From assembly GCA_903813345.2 (NCBI GenBank), contig CAIIXF020000001.1, positions 12,710,001 through 12,774,000 of the forward strand: a stretch of DNA of 64,000 nucleotides. Direction: 5' to 3'. Position 1 is the first letter of the stretch. Every line of letters starts with the position of its first letter. This document shows positions 52,558 through 64,000 of the stretch, in pieces. The notes beneath the pieces are model-generated. The model ran no database searches, had not been told where the DNA came from, and saw nothing but the letters and a program-made list of their open reading frames with translations. The translations under genes and the position numbers were made by a program. Origin of the DNA: Owenia fusiformis (taxonomy: Eukaryota).

Positions 52558-55061
52558 TATTTTGCCACATCTCCTAGTAAGTGCTTCGAAGCTTAAAATG
52601 AAAAAAGGAAGAATTTATCTAATCTAATTATTTTACCTGGAACAATAAATGTGTTTCAATATAAATAATGTTCTGTTAATATGCCATTTAAAGAAGTTTT
52701 AGTAGAATCATTGACTGGGCACATATAGCTACATTCAGTATAGGAAATCACAAAAGGCAAATTTAAAATACACAAACCAAAAACCTATAAAGCAGAAATC
52801 ATACAGGAAAATAATATTGAGATAATGTATGTACTTCATTTCAAAGCATTTACCATAATCTTTAGACTGTCAAGTAATGGGAAATGTTGTTTTGTCCTCC
52901 AGAGACCACAGTGTTGTTTTTGATGCTCTCTGAAGTTGTGAAGTGGTTTAAATGACATTTGCCAAAATTCCCACAATTTCAGAAGCCATCTGGAAATCTG
53001 TGAAACTTAACCACAGATCATCCTGGCAAAATATTGCAACTCTATTCTTACCAACTTTATGCTCTTATCTCTACAAATTGAAAGAAATACTAGCTTATCT
53101 GGCATTTTTATTCACATTAAGATGTTGGTGTCTAAGATACTAAATTGTCTCCCTTGCAGATTCTTTTATTTTGCCGTTTATTTGCGAGGACATATAATCG
53201 CCACAAGATCTTATTTTTAGGTTTTCCTGACAGATCTTTGTACTAATCAACCACAAAATGAAACAGCAAAAAGATCATCAAAACTTCATAAGATTTAAAA
53301 CAGTTATACCTCTGGAGGCAGTTTTAACTAAAATACCAAGAATTTAAGATGCCTGTGAAATTCACTGGCATGACATAATTTACCAATTGCAGTTTAATAA
53401 TTCTGAAGCAATTTTAGACTTCCATTAATAAATGTCCACTCATAATTGAAATGAAAACCTGGATACACACTTATTCCATGAGAAATTTCTCTCTTTAACT
53501 TAATCAACTCATTTCCACCAGTTTTCAATCAATAAAATTCAAGATATAGATGAAATGGGTTTCTTTCTCTCCATTCTCTTCCATCATACATTTTAAAATA
53601 TGACTAACATAAGTACTTTTATGGACATGATAAATCAGGAGACCAGCACCAAGTCTGAATTCTACTGGAATTTATTGTGGGAGCTTCCTGGAGGAAACCA
53701 TAGTCACCTCTCTGGTACACATTACAGAGCACTAAGTGTGAAATCAGATCATTATAAGTTAATTAATTACTAATTAACACTTTGTAATTAGCAGATTATG
53801 AGATCCTAGTTTCAAATCTGGAGTTGATGATTTTATTCTGCTTCCATTTTGATAAATGACAGCACTGTTGCATCAATCTGATTAATATTAATCATTAGAA
53901 ATATGGAATTATCATTAATTCAGTAACTTTAACTGAAATTAATTTAATTACGAGACACTGATTTGGTCATTTTTGATTGATTTCAATTCAATTAACAAAA
54001 TTTATGAGTGGGATCCATACTGAATGTTGCTGATTAAACTAACAAACTAACAAGAAAAAAGACAATAATGACTCATCAGGAAAAAGGGACCTTCTTAAAA
54101 CCATGTTGAGATGATTCTGTTTCTGTAAAACAAAACAAAATTTGCAATAGACTTCACCTTAAAAGGTCAACTTCAAATCACGAAGTGGAAGTATCAAAAG
54201 TTTCAAAAATGCATCTCCTTCCTGTTTATTCTCCATAGTTCGCCTTTAGCTCAAATCATTATCATATGTGACCACTTTTCACATAGAGTGGTTCAAATAT
54301 AAATAATTCTACACTTACCCCATGAGGTGCACACAAGGAGATACTTTTCCTAGGGGTGGGTAGATGGGGCAGTACTTGAACTATAATGTCAAAGACCCAA
54401 GTGGACCCAGAGGATGGGAAGATGATCCAGACCATCTGGAAGTGAAACAGAAGTTGTTATTGGTGAAGTAAACAGAAAATAAAATAATTATTAATAATGT
54501 ATATAATAACACATTGGAAATAATACTTGTTTAATAAAAAAATCATATACATGTACTTCATAAAATCTGCACTATCACGCAGAAATGATAGAATTGAATA
54601 TTACTTAGGTAGAGCCATAGATCTTTATAATGTTTCTGGATAGTTGCTGAAATAATATTGTTTTTGGTAAGTCCTTCCTTGAACCTTAATACTGTATATA
54701 TATATTTTACAATTTGAACCCCTTCTTTGATTATACTGGCCCTTTTGTGAAAATGAGACTTTTGAAAAACCTTTTTGAGAAAACCGAGCCCCACATTGTT
54801 TTGAACAAACAATAAATGCATATCATTAATGCATGTATTTTTTATTCCATTCATCCAAGTAAAATGACATTTGACTTTGGCTTTGAAGAATCGACAGCAC
54901 TGACATTTATGCTGGGAGGCAGTTTTATAGCATCCTGCCCTCAAGCTTTACAGACATATTGTCTCAGAAGGGCACTTCTACATAAGAGAGACAAATTAAC
55001 TCCCATTCTGAAGCAATTAGTAAAATATGGGGAAGTATTTATTTTGTTTCTCCTTAAAGGA

Positions 55062-55279
55062 CAGTAGAAACTGCTATATGCAACACCTCTGTAAGTGGAA
55101 CACCTCTGTAAGTGGAACACCTCTGTAGGGGAACACCTCACAAGTGGAACAGGTTAATTTTGAAAGTTATGTGGCCCATTGACTCCAAGTTAATGGACTC
55201 TTGAAGTGGAAGTGAAACACCTCAAAAATGGAACACCTTTTGTGGTCCAAAGGGCATTCCACTTACACAGGTTCTACTG
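55062..55279. mobile_element. Tc1/pogo-like MITE (CAGTAGAA...TTCTACTG)
   Basis: TIRs and internal GGAACACCTCTGTAAGT repeats; GA on both flanks. Confidence 0.72.
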
Positions 55280-56955
55280 GACTTGAATAATCACAAAAGG
55301 AACACAAAGTTTTAGTGAGACAATGTTCACAAACACCAATAAAACCTAATATTACTTAAGGCATAAAGACCAAGATTTTATGATTTATGGCATAATATAT
55401 GACCAAAAATTTATTCTGTTCATTGTTAAAAGACCAAAATCATGTAGCGATTGAGGTCTTTGGCAATGGCCAGTAAAATTGTTAAATAATAATAATCTTA
55501 ATAAAAGTGTTCTAGCTATTGTGACGTCACGTATCACATTAGAATTATTCTTATTGCAGACTTTGTTTCCTAAAAAATGGGATATGTATAAAAAATCTAA
55601 TATTTTTAATCATTGTTCAATAGCCAAAATGAGTCAAAAAGCACAATACCGCTACAGGCAGTGAACATTTATTTTCCGAGATATGTGAGCACTATTTAGG
55701 TCAAAATGCCAATTATGCATGGGTTGCATAAATGTAGAGAACCTTGTATCTGAAAATGATAAATAAACACACACTGTGTTACTCCCACCCAGGATTGGAT
55801 TCTAACATGTGCACTGATTGTACATGTAATTAACCAACCATATGCATGCCATCTAACACAGTTGTCCAACATTGCATAGACACACAAATAATTACCTGAT
55901 CCATTCATTAAGCTCTTATCTCAACAAGCATTCATTAGGATACTTTACCTCGTTTAAACAAACATCTTTTCACCACATTCCAGCCTCTCATCTTTGTAGG
56001 ATTTATTTCTGTTTCTAGCTAGCTTTATACTGCAATGTGTTGTTAATCTAAAAATCAAAATGTATGTATTTTCAAAATTTTGTAGAAACCTACTTTTTTT
56101 TAAATTAATGATCATGTTGTGCTTCTATATTTAATTATTAAGTGGATTATTTGGAAAGGGTTGGATTAGTTGGAATATAAGTAGTTAAAGCCGTTAGCTT
56201 TTCAGTTATGCTTGAACTCAGAGGGATTGCTCTATTGACCATTCAAGTGCCTTTGGAATCCAGGGTATTCAAATTTTCATTGATTTCTATAAAATATGTA
56301 TAAAGGACACATGATAAAACCACCTCAAAGTTTGCAGTTGGTAAAATAGTTTCACTCATAATTTCATTCGGAGTCTGTAATATGGTAATATTTTAATTAA
56401 ATATTTATCGAAGTTACTTTTACCTGGATCAGGGGGCAATAGGTCAAATAGTCTGAACAAAACCAGCAAATGTTTAACAAATAAGGTTACAAAAAAACAT
56501 AGAATGTCCATGTAAACATACCAAAACAGGGCTCCAGAAACATCCCATAAATTAGTTTGGCATTTTGAATGGATTGTCTGGGCATTTTACCTTAAAGACT
56601 CTTCAAAAACTACTCAGAGACATTAACCAGGTTTTGTTTGACCTAGCAGTCAATATACAAGAAGGAACACATTGATTTACTTGAATGAAACATCCTTAGA
56701 TTGCCCCTGGGGTTGTGGGGTAAGTGCAAGTAGGTAGTGTTCTGTCATTGGTATTCATCATTTTGATAAACAAACACACTCCATTAGAACAATCTTGGTT
56801 TCAGCTTATTACACAAAGTCAGAATTCAGTAAAGTCAGAGTTTTCAATGTCAGACATATTACCTAATCATAGTTCCTTGCAGATTTTAATAAATTTCCTT
56901 GAAAAATTGTTCTAATTTCTTAATCTGTCTGATGTAGAGATTTTATAATACAGGT

Positions 56956-57118
56956 CAGGCCCACAGGCCAGGGGGGTTTGAGTGGCCAAAAATTCTTTCA
57001 AAATCATGGAGTTTCTCACCATTTTCGGCATATTTGGGCCAAAGTTGTCAAAAGTGAACCCCCTGGAACTTATTTTTTAAAAAGTGAACCACCTTGGCAA
57101 AAGCTGGCTACAGGCCTG
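56956..57118. mobile_element. CAGGCCC-family MITE, in opposite orientation to 15141
   Basis: TIRs with CAGGT/CAGGT TSD. Confidence 0.8.
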
Positions 57119-59508
57119 CAGGTTTTTGACGTGACATTGAGTGATATGAGAGGGGAAATGAGATGTATGTTTAGTTTAATGACTCCTTATGTTATTCAAT
57201 CATATCTTACTATTAATTAAGCCTTTACCTAATATTAGATCCAACTATGCTGGAAATCTCATTCTTCAACCACTCAGCAGATCTTTCAAGGGTGGTCCCA
57301 TCAGGACGATTAGCTCAATCTGGAAAATATTTAGTGCAACGCATTGAAAAAGCAAGTTAACTCTGAATTTGATTGGTTTAAAAATATCAATTCAGGAGAA
57401 TAAGTTATATTGTATACAGTGTAGAGTACAGAATTTTTATTTTTAAATACAGAAATCAAAGTAAACATTCAAATTAATAGACGATAACCCGTGTTTTAGG
57501 AAATGCCAGCCCAAAAGATATTAAAAATATGGTGTCTTACTTTAGCAGCTCCAAAATAAATGAAAAAGAAACATGTATAAAGAAAATCACAGGAAACTTA
57601 TAACTGTTACAGAAGAGCATTTGATTTATTGGTACAAATATCTGACTGACTTGATTTATGAATTTGGCTAATTATATCCTTTCAAATAGCAAGCAATTAA
57701 CTAAGACATTTTCCTGCTCCAAGGTACCAGCCCATTCTCATAATTCTTCAGGTATATCTGGACACGATGATGGCTTTTTGATAGCATTTTCCAGGTGGTT
57801 TTGTGAGAATATCCATGATATGCTAAAACAATGAGCCATTATGTTAAATTCGGGTAGGGTATTTTGAGTGGTATTTCTGTACATTTTCTATGACCACCAT
57901 ATGTCAGGTCCAGTTGTTTCAATCAATTGTAAACCTCTGTAAGCCCATACATCCAAATGTTTACAAAATAGCAATGGAAGGGTGGATGGATAAAAACTAG
58001 GGATTTAAATATTTCAAATAACTAGACATTTTTTCAAAGCATGAAAATGTAAACTTCTCCCAGTTTTCGACTTCTATGGAACAAATTATTTTTCTGTTGT
58101 CTCATTTTCTATATGACAAGTGACCTCTATGACTGAATGAGTGGCTTTCATAATGTTTTTGTTATGTTTGACTTCTTTTTCTGAGATATCATACAAAATT
58201 TATGTGCAATGATCCAAAAATTGGGTTAAGTTAGAAAAAATTCAGAGCACTAGAATTTGAGATTTAGACAGTAATCTACATAACTTGAGGATTATCCAAT
58301 GTTTTATGTCGGCCATTAATTCTGAATATCTTTATTCCATTAATTTCACATAATTCTCCTACCTGGCACATTCTCAAGTTATCTAATAGATACCATAACT
58401 GATTGGAGGACATGTATTGTTTATGGCACTGATAATTTCACATAAATATTATGGTACAAGGGTGTTATTAACAAATCCTAGGTGAATATCATATGATTTA
58501 TTTATCAACATGTAATTAATTTATATGGATGGGTAAAAGGATGTACACTCTCTTCCATAAGTTTGAAAATCATCCTTGCACCTGTAAGGTTAACTGCTTC
58601 TGAAAAAGTGGATGCTCTTTTTTATTTCTGTTCAATCTTATTGAATTTGCATTTTATATCTTCAGATTTTCTTACATAATCTCTGATTTTAGATTTAAAC
58701 CAGGGTGTGGCATTACCTTTTGCCTATTGGGCAATCAATGTCTTTATTCCATTAGAGCTGATAATTTCAGGAAGAAGAAAAGTACATGACAACAGATACA
58801 TACCTAATGTTTCAGTAGAATCTAAAATTCCTATGACACATACAGAAAATCTGAGGTAGTTTTCCATGAATATAAACAAGAGAACATCTCAAGCAGATGA
58901 GTAAGTTTTGATAAGAGAGGGTGTGATGTCTGGCTACTGTAACTGGTATCACTTTATATTAAAGGCCAGGGTCGGGTATAAAAGGCCAGTGGCAGTTAGG
59001 AATTACATCATATGATGATTTGATAATTTTGAAAATCAGAGCTCCAGAGGTTTTATTTTGTTTTTCCCTGATAACTTGAAAACTACTGAACAGTTTTTGC
59101 TACTTTTTGTCACAGTTCAGCATGAACATATGTTAATTCAATATCTTGCTTCTTTTAATTCAAAATATCACTTCATTTTGTATAATTAAGCCTTTTTATT
59201 TGAAAATGTACTGGTTTTAGGGGAGGAGTTACTAGGCAGGGATTTAAATATCTGACCAATGAGGACTCTATAAATTTGTCATGTGATATTTACAAACACA
59301 AGCACATGGTGTTATTCTAAGAAAGCAAAGATAGCTCAGCTGTAGTTATTTGCACTAACCAGAAAAAGTATAAAGTACAAACTTACCTCCCCACTTGTAT
59401 TTTCTTCACATTACATATCCCCATCATGTATACAGGTTAATTCAGGTATATAATTATAATTCCACTTATTCAAATGTTTGCTATAAATCCAATGTCATAG
59501 GGTCATAA

Positions 59509-61089
59509 TTATGTAAAGATCATATTTAGTACTTTATCCCAGATTAATTGCTTGTAATTTGTTGTTGGGGGTTTTAAAATCTTTTTACGTAATGTCCTTC
59601 CAGGAGCAACATCTTTAGTCCAAATACTTGTAAAATCCCGGTCTACGTTTTCGTTCCAGTGTAGTGTGGTAAGATCTGTCCTCAGTTCATACTGCACATT
59701 TCCAAAGGCAATTCTCTTATCATGAAACACATTCAAAACATTGTTGTAACTTTCAACGTAAAACGTGTCAAGTGCGTCTGTATAATTTTGTGCTTGTCTA
59801 TACACTATTGTTTTCCTAATTGATTTCTTTAAAAGTTCCTCTGCAATTGGTGTCTGAATTTTCAGGTAATTGAGTTGATAATTATCCTCTTTGCAACTAG
59901 AGTTTATGTTACAATTTTGATGGTTATCTTTATAATGTTCAACTATGTTATCAAGAATGTTTTTTAAAACTTCAGGGTCATTGTTGCAATTTCGCATTGC
60001 CCAATGGTACTGTTTTTTAATTGGTTCAACCTTGTCAGACAGTTCCATGTGCCATGAGATACCATGACTGTAACGAGGTCCTTTTGCGACTTTTTCGATT
60101 TCTTTCTTTGCCGATTTTCCCCCGTGCCAAGTGTCGTTTTGATTTTTGGTATTGCCAAGACGTTCTCTTACAAGTTTATTGATTGTTTGATTAGCATCAT
60201 GTGCATGTACTTTCACTTTCACATCACTTTCATCAAAATGTGTATATATTCTGTCTGTTCCGATCTTTTCATGCCTTTGTGAAATAGGGTCGTCTTGCTT
60301 TGTCACATGTTCTGCTCTCAAAACTTTGTGACTTTCAAGTCCTATACAAATGACATCACAATCATTGGCATTCTTCCTCCATCCGTGACGGGCATCAGTC
60401 ATTATTCCTATACCATCATCAAGGGGCCTTGTTTTTTCCTTCTCTTCTTCAAGGGCAATTCTGCAAGATTCTAAAGCTTCAATTTTAATGTGAGATGCGA
60501 ATTCTTGTGTCATAGTTTGCAGTTTTTGTTTTCCTATATGCCCAAATTGTGATGTTTTTGTGAGGCTGTCATATTGACTTGGAAGCATACCTGATGTTAT
60601 GTAACCATGAAAAAATCTGCAATTTACTAAACTTTGACCATTCGGAAGAGAAGGTGACGATTTCCATCTGATTGTATGTTTGGCATCACAATGCCACTCA
60701 ACTGTAACTGCATGGCCGTATTGTTGATAGTCAGACCAGTATAGCTGATTATTACACATGGCTCTATGTGCTGAAGCATGATCTACGAGTCTCTGCACTG
60801 CAGACTTGGTTGTAAAAAACATAGGTTCATGCACATTTTCTCTATCTACTGATAAGTATTCTTGAATGGGCTCATTCTTGGATGCCTCATTAGACGATTC
60901 ACCTGGAGTGTTGTTCATTAGCCAGAAATCAATTGCAGTCTCTATTGTTTCTGTGTTGTTTGCTATTACTTCCCTGCTAATTAACTGCTTCATTTTTCTT
61001 ACTTTTTCCAGAACCCTTGTCTTAGCACCTTCATCACCAGGCATTTCTAATTGAAACTTTGGTTTTCTATTGCGTTTTACACTTGTCAT
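59509..61089 (-). CDS. Kolobok-type DDE transposase (526 aa)
   Basis: Uninterrupted ORF with candidate catalytic motifs IMTDARHG (D), HAHDAN (D), NDTWHGGK (DxxH) and TFYVESYNN...DKRIAF (E), plus His/Cys clusters HRAMC...CDAKH and HYKDNHQNC...C. Confidence 0.85.
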   Translation of the reverse strand: MTSVKRNRKPKFQLEMPGDEGAKTRVLEKVRKMKQLISREVIANNTETIETAIDFWLMNNTPGESSNEASKNEPIQEYLSVDRENVHEPMFFTTKSAVQRLVDHASAHRAMCNNQLYWSDYQQYGHAVTVEWHCDAKHTIRWKSSPSLPNGQSLVNCRFFHGYITSGMLPSQYDSLTKTSQFGHIGKQKLQTMTQEFASHIKIEALESCRIALEEEKEKTRPLDDGIGIMTDARHGWRKNANDCDVICIGLESHKVLRAEHVTKQDDPISQRHEKIGTDRIYTHFDESDVKVKVHAHDANQTINKLVRERLGNTKNQNDTWHGGKSAKKEIEKVAKGPRYSHGISWHMELSDKVEPIKKQYHWAMRNCNNDPEVLKNILDNIVEHYKDNHQNCNINSSCKEDNYQLNYLKIQTPIAEELLKKSIRKTIVYRQAQNYTDALDTFYVESYNNVLNVFHDKRIAFGNVQYELRTDLTTLHWNENVDRDFTSIWTKDVAPGRTLRKKILKPPTTNYKQLIWDKVLNMIFT

Positions 61090-61845
61090 TTCTATTTCTA
61101 GTCAGACTTTGGTTCTATTCAATAAGGAGTATATTGATAATGAAACTGGCTACATTGAATCAAATAGTACTTGATTTCTCTTGATAGCCATGAGTTCTTG
61201 AGGGAGGGGGCATTTGATTACTATCTAGTTAGATTTATACCTAGGATACACAAGAGCTAAGTGAGAGATAATATCTAAATGGTTCTTCCCTCAATTATGT
61301 TTGGCCTATCTCTAGCAGACCAAAGGAAATCATGCTGCAACATTGGAGGGAGTTACAATTAAAATCTAATTTTCAGAAGTTCAATGTTCACATGACAGAT
61401 AGTTATTGACAAGATCAAGTGAAATTCTAGATTCAAATTTTGAATCACTCTGTGGATCTCATCAGATCCAAGAATAATGTGTCCCTTGAGAAATGCCAGG
61501 GATGTCTATTTCAAAAATATCTAATCTGCAGTTGAAGGGATCATATCCATGTTTCAAAATCTTACTCTGTACACTATATTGGATCATAAAAAAATTATTT
61601 CATTTACTGATTTTGGTATTTCCCCCAATTGGACAGTGAAAAGTTCAATCCTCAAGGCATTATACTGAATTAGGGACCTGTCATTGTGTGTATTCTCATT
61701 CCATGTCTAACAAGGGTAAAATATCAATTAGTTCAGATACTGAGATAAAAGAAAATGACTGGTCCCACTTTTTCTGGAATTGTTTCTGGAGTTCTTGTAC
61801 TTGTTTTAGTAACACTTACACACAGCTGGTTATTTCCAAAATATC

Positions 61846-62415
61846 ATGGCAACTTCAAAAAGAAAAAAGAAAATAGTATCCTTATGGGTTAATGATGACC
61901 AAGAAAGAAAGCTCAAAATGTATTTTGCATCCAACAAATGGGAGTGGAAAAATCCTAAACCTGATGACATTCTGAATTCAATTACATACTCAGAAAACAC
62001 AGATAACGTTAGTGCTAGAGCCCCTGACCCAGAAGATCCACCAAGTGACAATGAACCTGATTTAGAAGGTGCATGTGTACATTGTCTGTGTAGGCCATGC
62101 ATCACCCATGATGACAATCGTCAAATGTGGTGGCCAGAGAGCGACAGTCCTCCGACAGCGCATAACCACACATTTAGGAAGGAACTATTCAGATCCTTTT
62201 GGAGTATCCTATCTAATCGAGGCATGTGGAACATTCCAATATATATTGCCCGAAAACAATTGGCTTTGCAGTCTCATCCAAGATATCAGGGATTAGTAGC
62301 AGTTAGTCCCCGTGGACATAAAAGAGAGCTGATGCCTAACTGTGTTATACGCGTTGTGAGGCAATGGTACCCTAATCCTGAAGGTGTAGACTACATGGGG
62401 CACATGTGGGAGTAA
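61846..62415 (+). CDS. KolX-like accessory protein with a P2X7 C-terminal (ballast)-like Cys/Zn domain (189 aa)
   Basis: CVHCLCRPCIT ... FRKELFRSFW ... RELMPNCVIRVVRQWYP...YMGH resembles the C..C..CIT / R...Y...W / R..P.C...IR..(F/Y)P...Y.G pattern of KolX and P2X7-tail proteins; lies inside the TIRs. Confidence 0.78.
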   Translation: MATSKRKKKIVSLWVNDDQERKLKMYFASNKWEWKNPKPDDILNSITYSENTDNVSARAPDPEDPPSDNEPDLEGACVHCLCRPCITHDDNRQMWWPESDSPPTAHNHTFRKELFRSFWSILSNRGMWNIPIYIARKQLALQSHPRYQGLVAVSPRGHKRELMPNCVIRVVRQWYPNPEGVDYMGHMWE

Positions 62416-63838
62416 TAAATATATGAACCTTAACAATGAACAATATTTGGAATCAATACATTTAATTTCCACCAGGCTACATATAATAAATATTGGAATG
62501 AATAGGAACATAAATAAAACGTAACTCTTTGAAACATTATGAAACAACTGCATTTGAACATTGGAATCAATTATCATTATGCTTGTTAACAGTAAGAAAT
62601 GACTTTATTTTTTTAACACATGTTGACCTTTGAACTTGCTTTGTATGGCAAATGTATATAAACAGAAAAATGCTTTTTCGTGTACTTGAGATATTATTTA
62701 CTAAATAGAATCAAATCATTTGCAATGATTAACTCTAGATACATGTGCTTGTGTTTATAAACATTCTGGCAAATTTACCATATGCAGTGTATGGTAACAT
62801 GATCTTTCACTTGATTGGCTAGTCATTTATGGGTATTAATGAGGTGGGCTGAACTCAACCATATGGCATGGAAACCTGGCCTTTAAACATATCACTAAAC
62901 TGTCAAACCCCAGAGACTCATTAAGCAATGGGATGACAGACACCCATCATTAACACCTTAGATCAAGACACAACAGAGATAAACCTAATTATGATATAAT
63001 AAAAAGAGATCCATGTCAAATTAATGATGGTGATCTGATTTTGGACATATTTGCAATTTGAATACAATTGACTTGGTTAATGTCTTTATTTTTTCATTCC
63101 TAATTCCACCTCCCTTTATTAATATATTTTGCCATGTAATGAGATCACATTCTATTTATGGAATGAAATTGATGAGACCTGTTCTAATTTTTCTGAATGG
63201 CTTTTTATGTTAAATTTATTTTTTGTATTGCTTTTTTGCTGAGATGCAAGTAAAGAATTTGCAAATAACTCTAATGATTAAAAAGTGTCAAAATCCATAA
63301 TTTTTGAACATAACTGAAATGTCATAGCTCATCAAAATATGACACTAAATACATGTTTTGAGACATTAAAACAACTGGCACTGACAAATGACTTCCTTTG
63401 GGGTGTACCATTTAACAACGAAAGAAAGAACCTAACTTTCAATTACTCTAACTAAATGTTGTTTTATTCTGGTCCAGTTGATTCATTCTTGAGGGTAATG
63501 AGTGCAATGTTACAATGTCCCACTTCAAAATATCAATTGGTCTCGCCCTTGTCAGTTCCCATGCCAATCTAAGTTTCAATTTCATATCTTGCTGGGTAAA
63601 ATTTAAGAATGAATAACATTTGTTTTGAATTTGAGAAAACTGGTAGTTTTTATATTCATTGTAATTGGTTTTGAAGTCGTGTGACTTAAAGTGTATTTAT
63701 CAACAAAAAAGGCTAGTTCACTTCTTTAGATCAGCTAAAACAGTTTTTGACTAAATATAAAACTTTTACAATAATTTTATCCTTTTGGTGATCATATCAT
63801 ACCCAGATATATAGAGGTTAGTATTAAAATGATCTTAA

Positions 63839-64000
63839 AGGCCCCATGTAAAGTTTAACTCACTTTGGCTTATATTACAGTTCTATAGTCCAATTTTATC
63901 AAAATGTGCTATGTAAAACCTTTCAAACTGATTTCAAAAAATTGATTTTGAAGGTATTTTTGTTCAAAAAATTATGAATACATTTCAAATAAAGTTGAGA
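63839..64000. mobile_element. Possible left end of another TTAA-flanked Kolobok-like element, truncated by the window edge
   Basis: TTAA|AGGCCCCATG resembles the AGGCC terminus of the full element; the other end is not visible. Confidence 0.3.

Larger units (their letters stand above)
58963..62882. mobile_element. Apparently autonomous Kolobok-superfamily DNA transposon (3,920 bp)
   Basis: TTAA at 58959-58962 and 62883-62886, terminal inverted repeat AGGCCAGG...CCTGGCCT, enclosing a DDE transposase and a divergent KolX-like ORF. Confidence 0.85.

Noticed and set aside
54558-55141. 128-aa and neighbouring ORFs
   Set aside because: No domain signal or splice support, and they partly overlap a MITE.
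59964-62296. Small ORFs overlapping the transposase and the KolX-like gene
   Set aside because: Antisense or alternate frames without motifs.

Overview
This is AT-rich animal genomic DNA with spliceosomal introns, probably from a mollusc or other lophotrochozoan (an inference from gene content and Helentron/HINE-type repeats). It holds three host genes. (1) The 5' part of an elongation factor 1-alpha gene on the minus strand, with three coding exons and a non-coding first exon carrying a 5'TOP-like tract; the gene runs off the left edge. (2) A complete 9-exon DEPTOR-like gene (2 DEP domains + PDZ, about 391 aa) on the plus strand, head-to-head with EF1A and about 1.1 kb from it. (3) A GT31 beta-1,3-galactosyltransferase with a single coding exon and candidate upstream TATA/Inr first exons. 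The most striking accessory element is an apparently intact 3,920-bp Kolobok-type DNA transposon (58963-62882) with TTAA target-site duplications and AGGCCAGG termini. It encodes a DDE transposase and a divergent KolX/P2X7-ballast-like zinc protein. The rest is a dense set of non-autonomous elements whose ends and TSDs can be read directly (5-bp-TSD CAGG family, Transib-like, Sola-like, 8-bp-TSD, 30-45-bp micro-MITEs, Tc1/pogo-like, HINE/Helitron-like), several minisatellites, a tRNA-like remnant and a decayed minus-strand ORF. All calls were made by eye; no searches were run.
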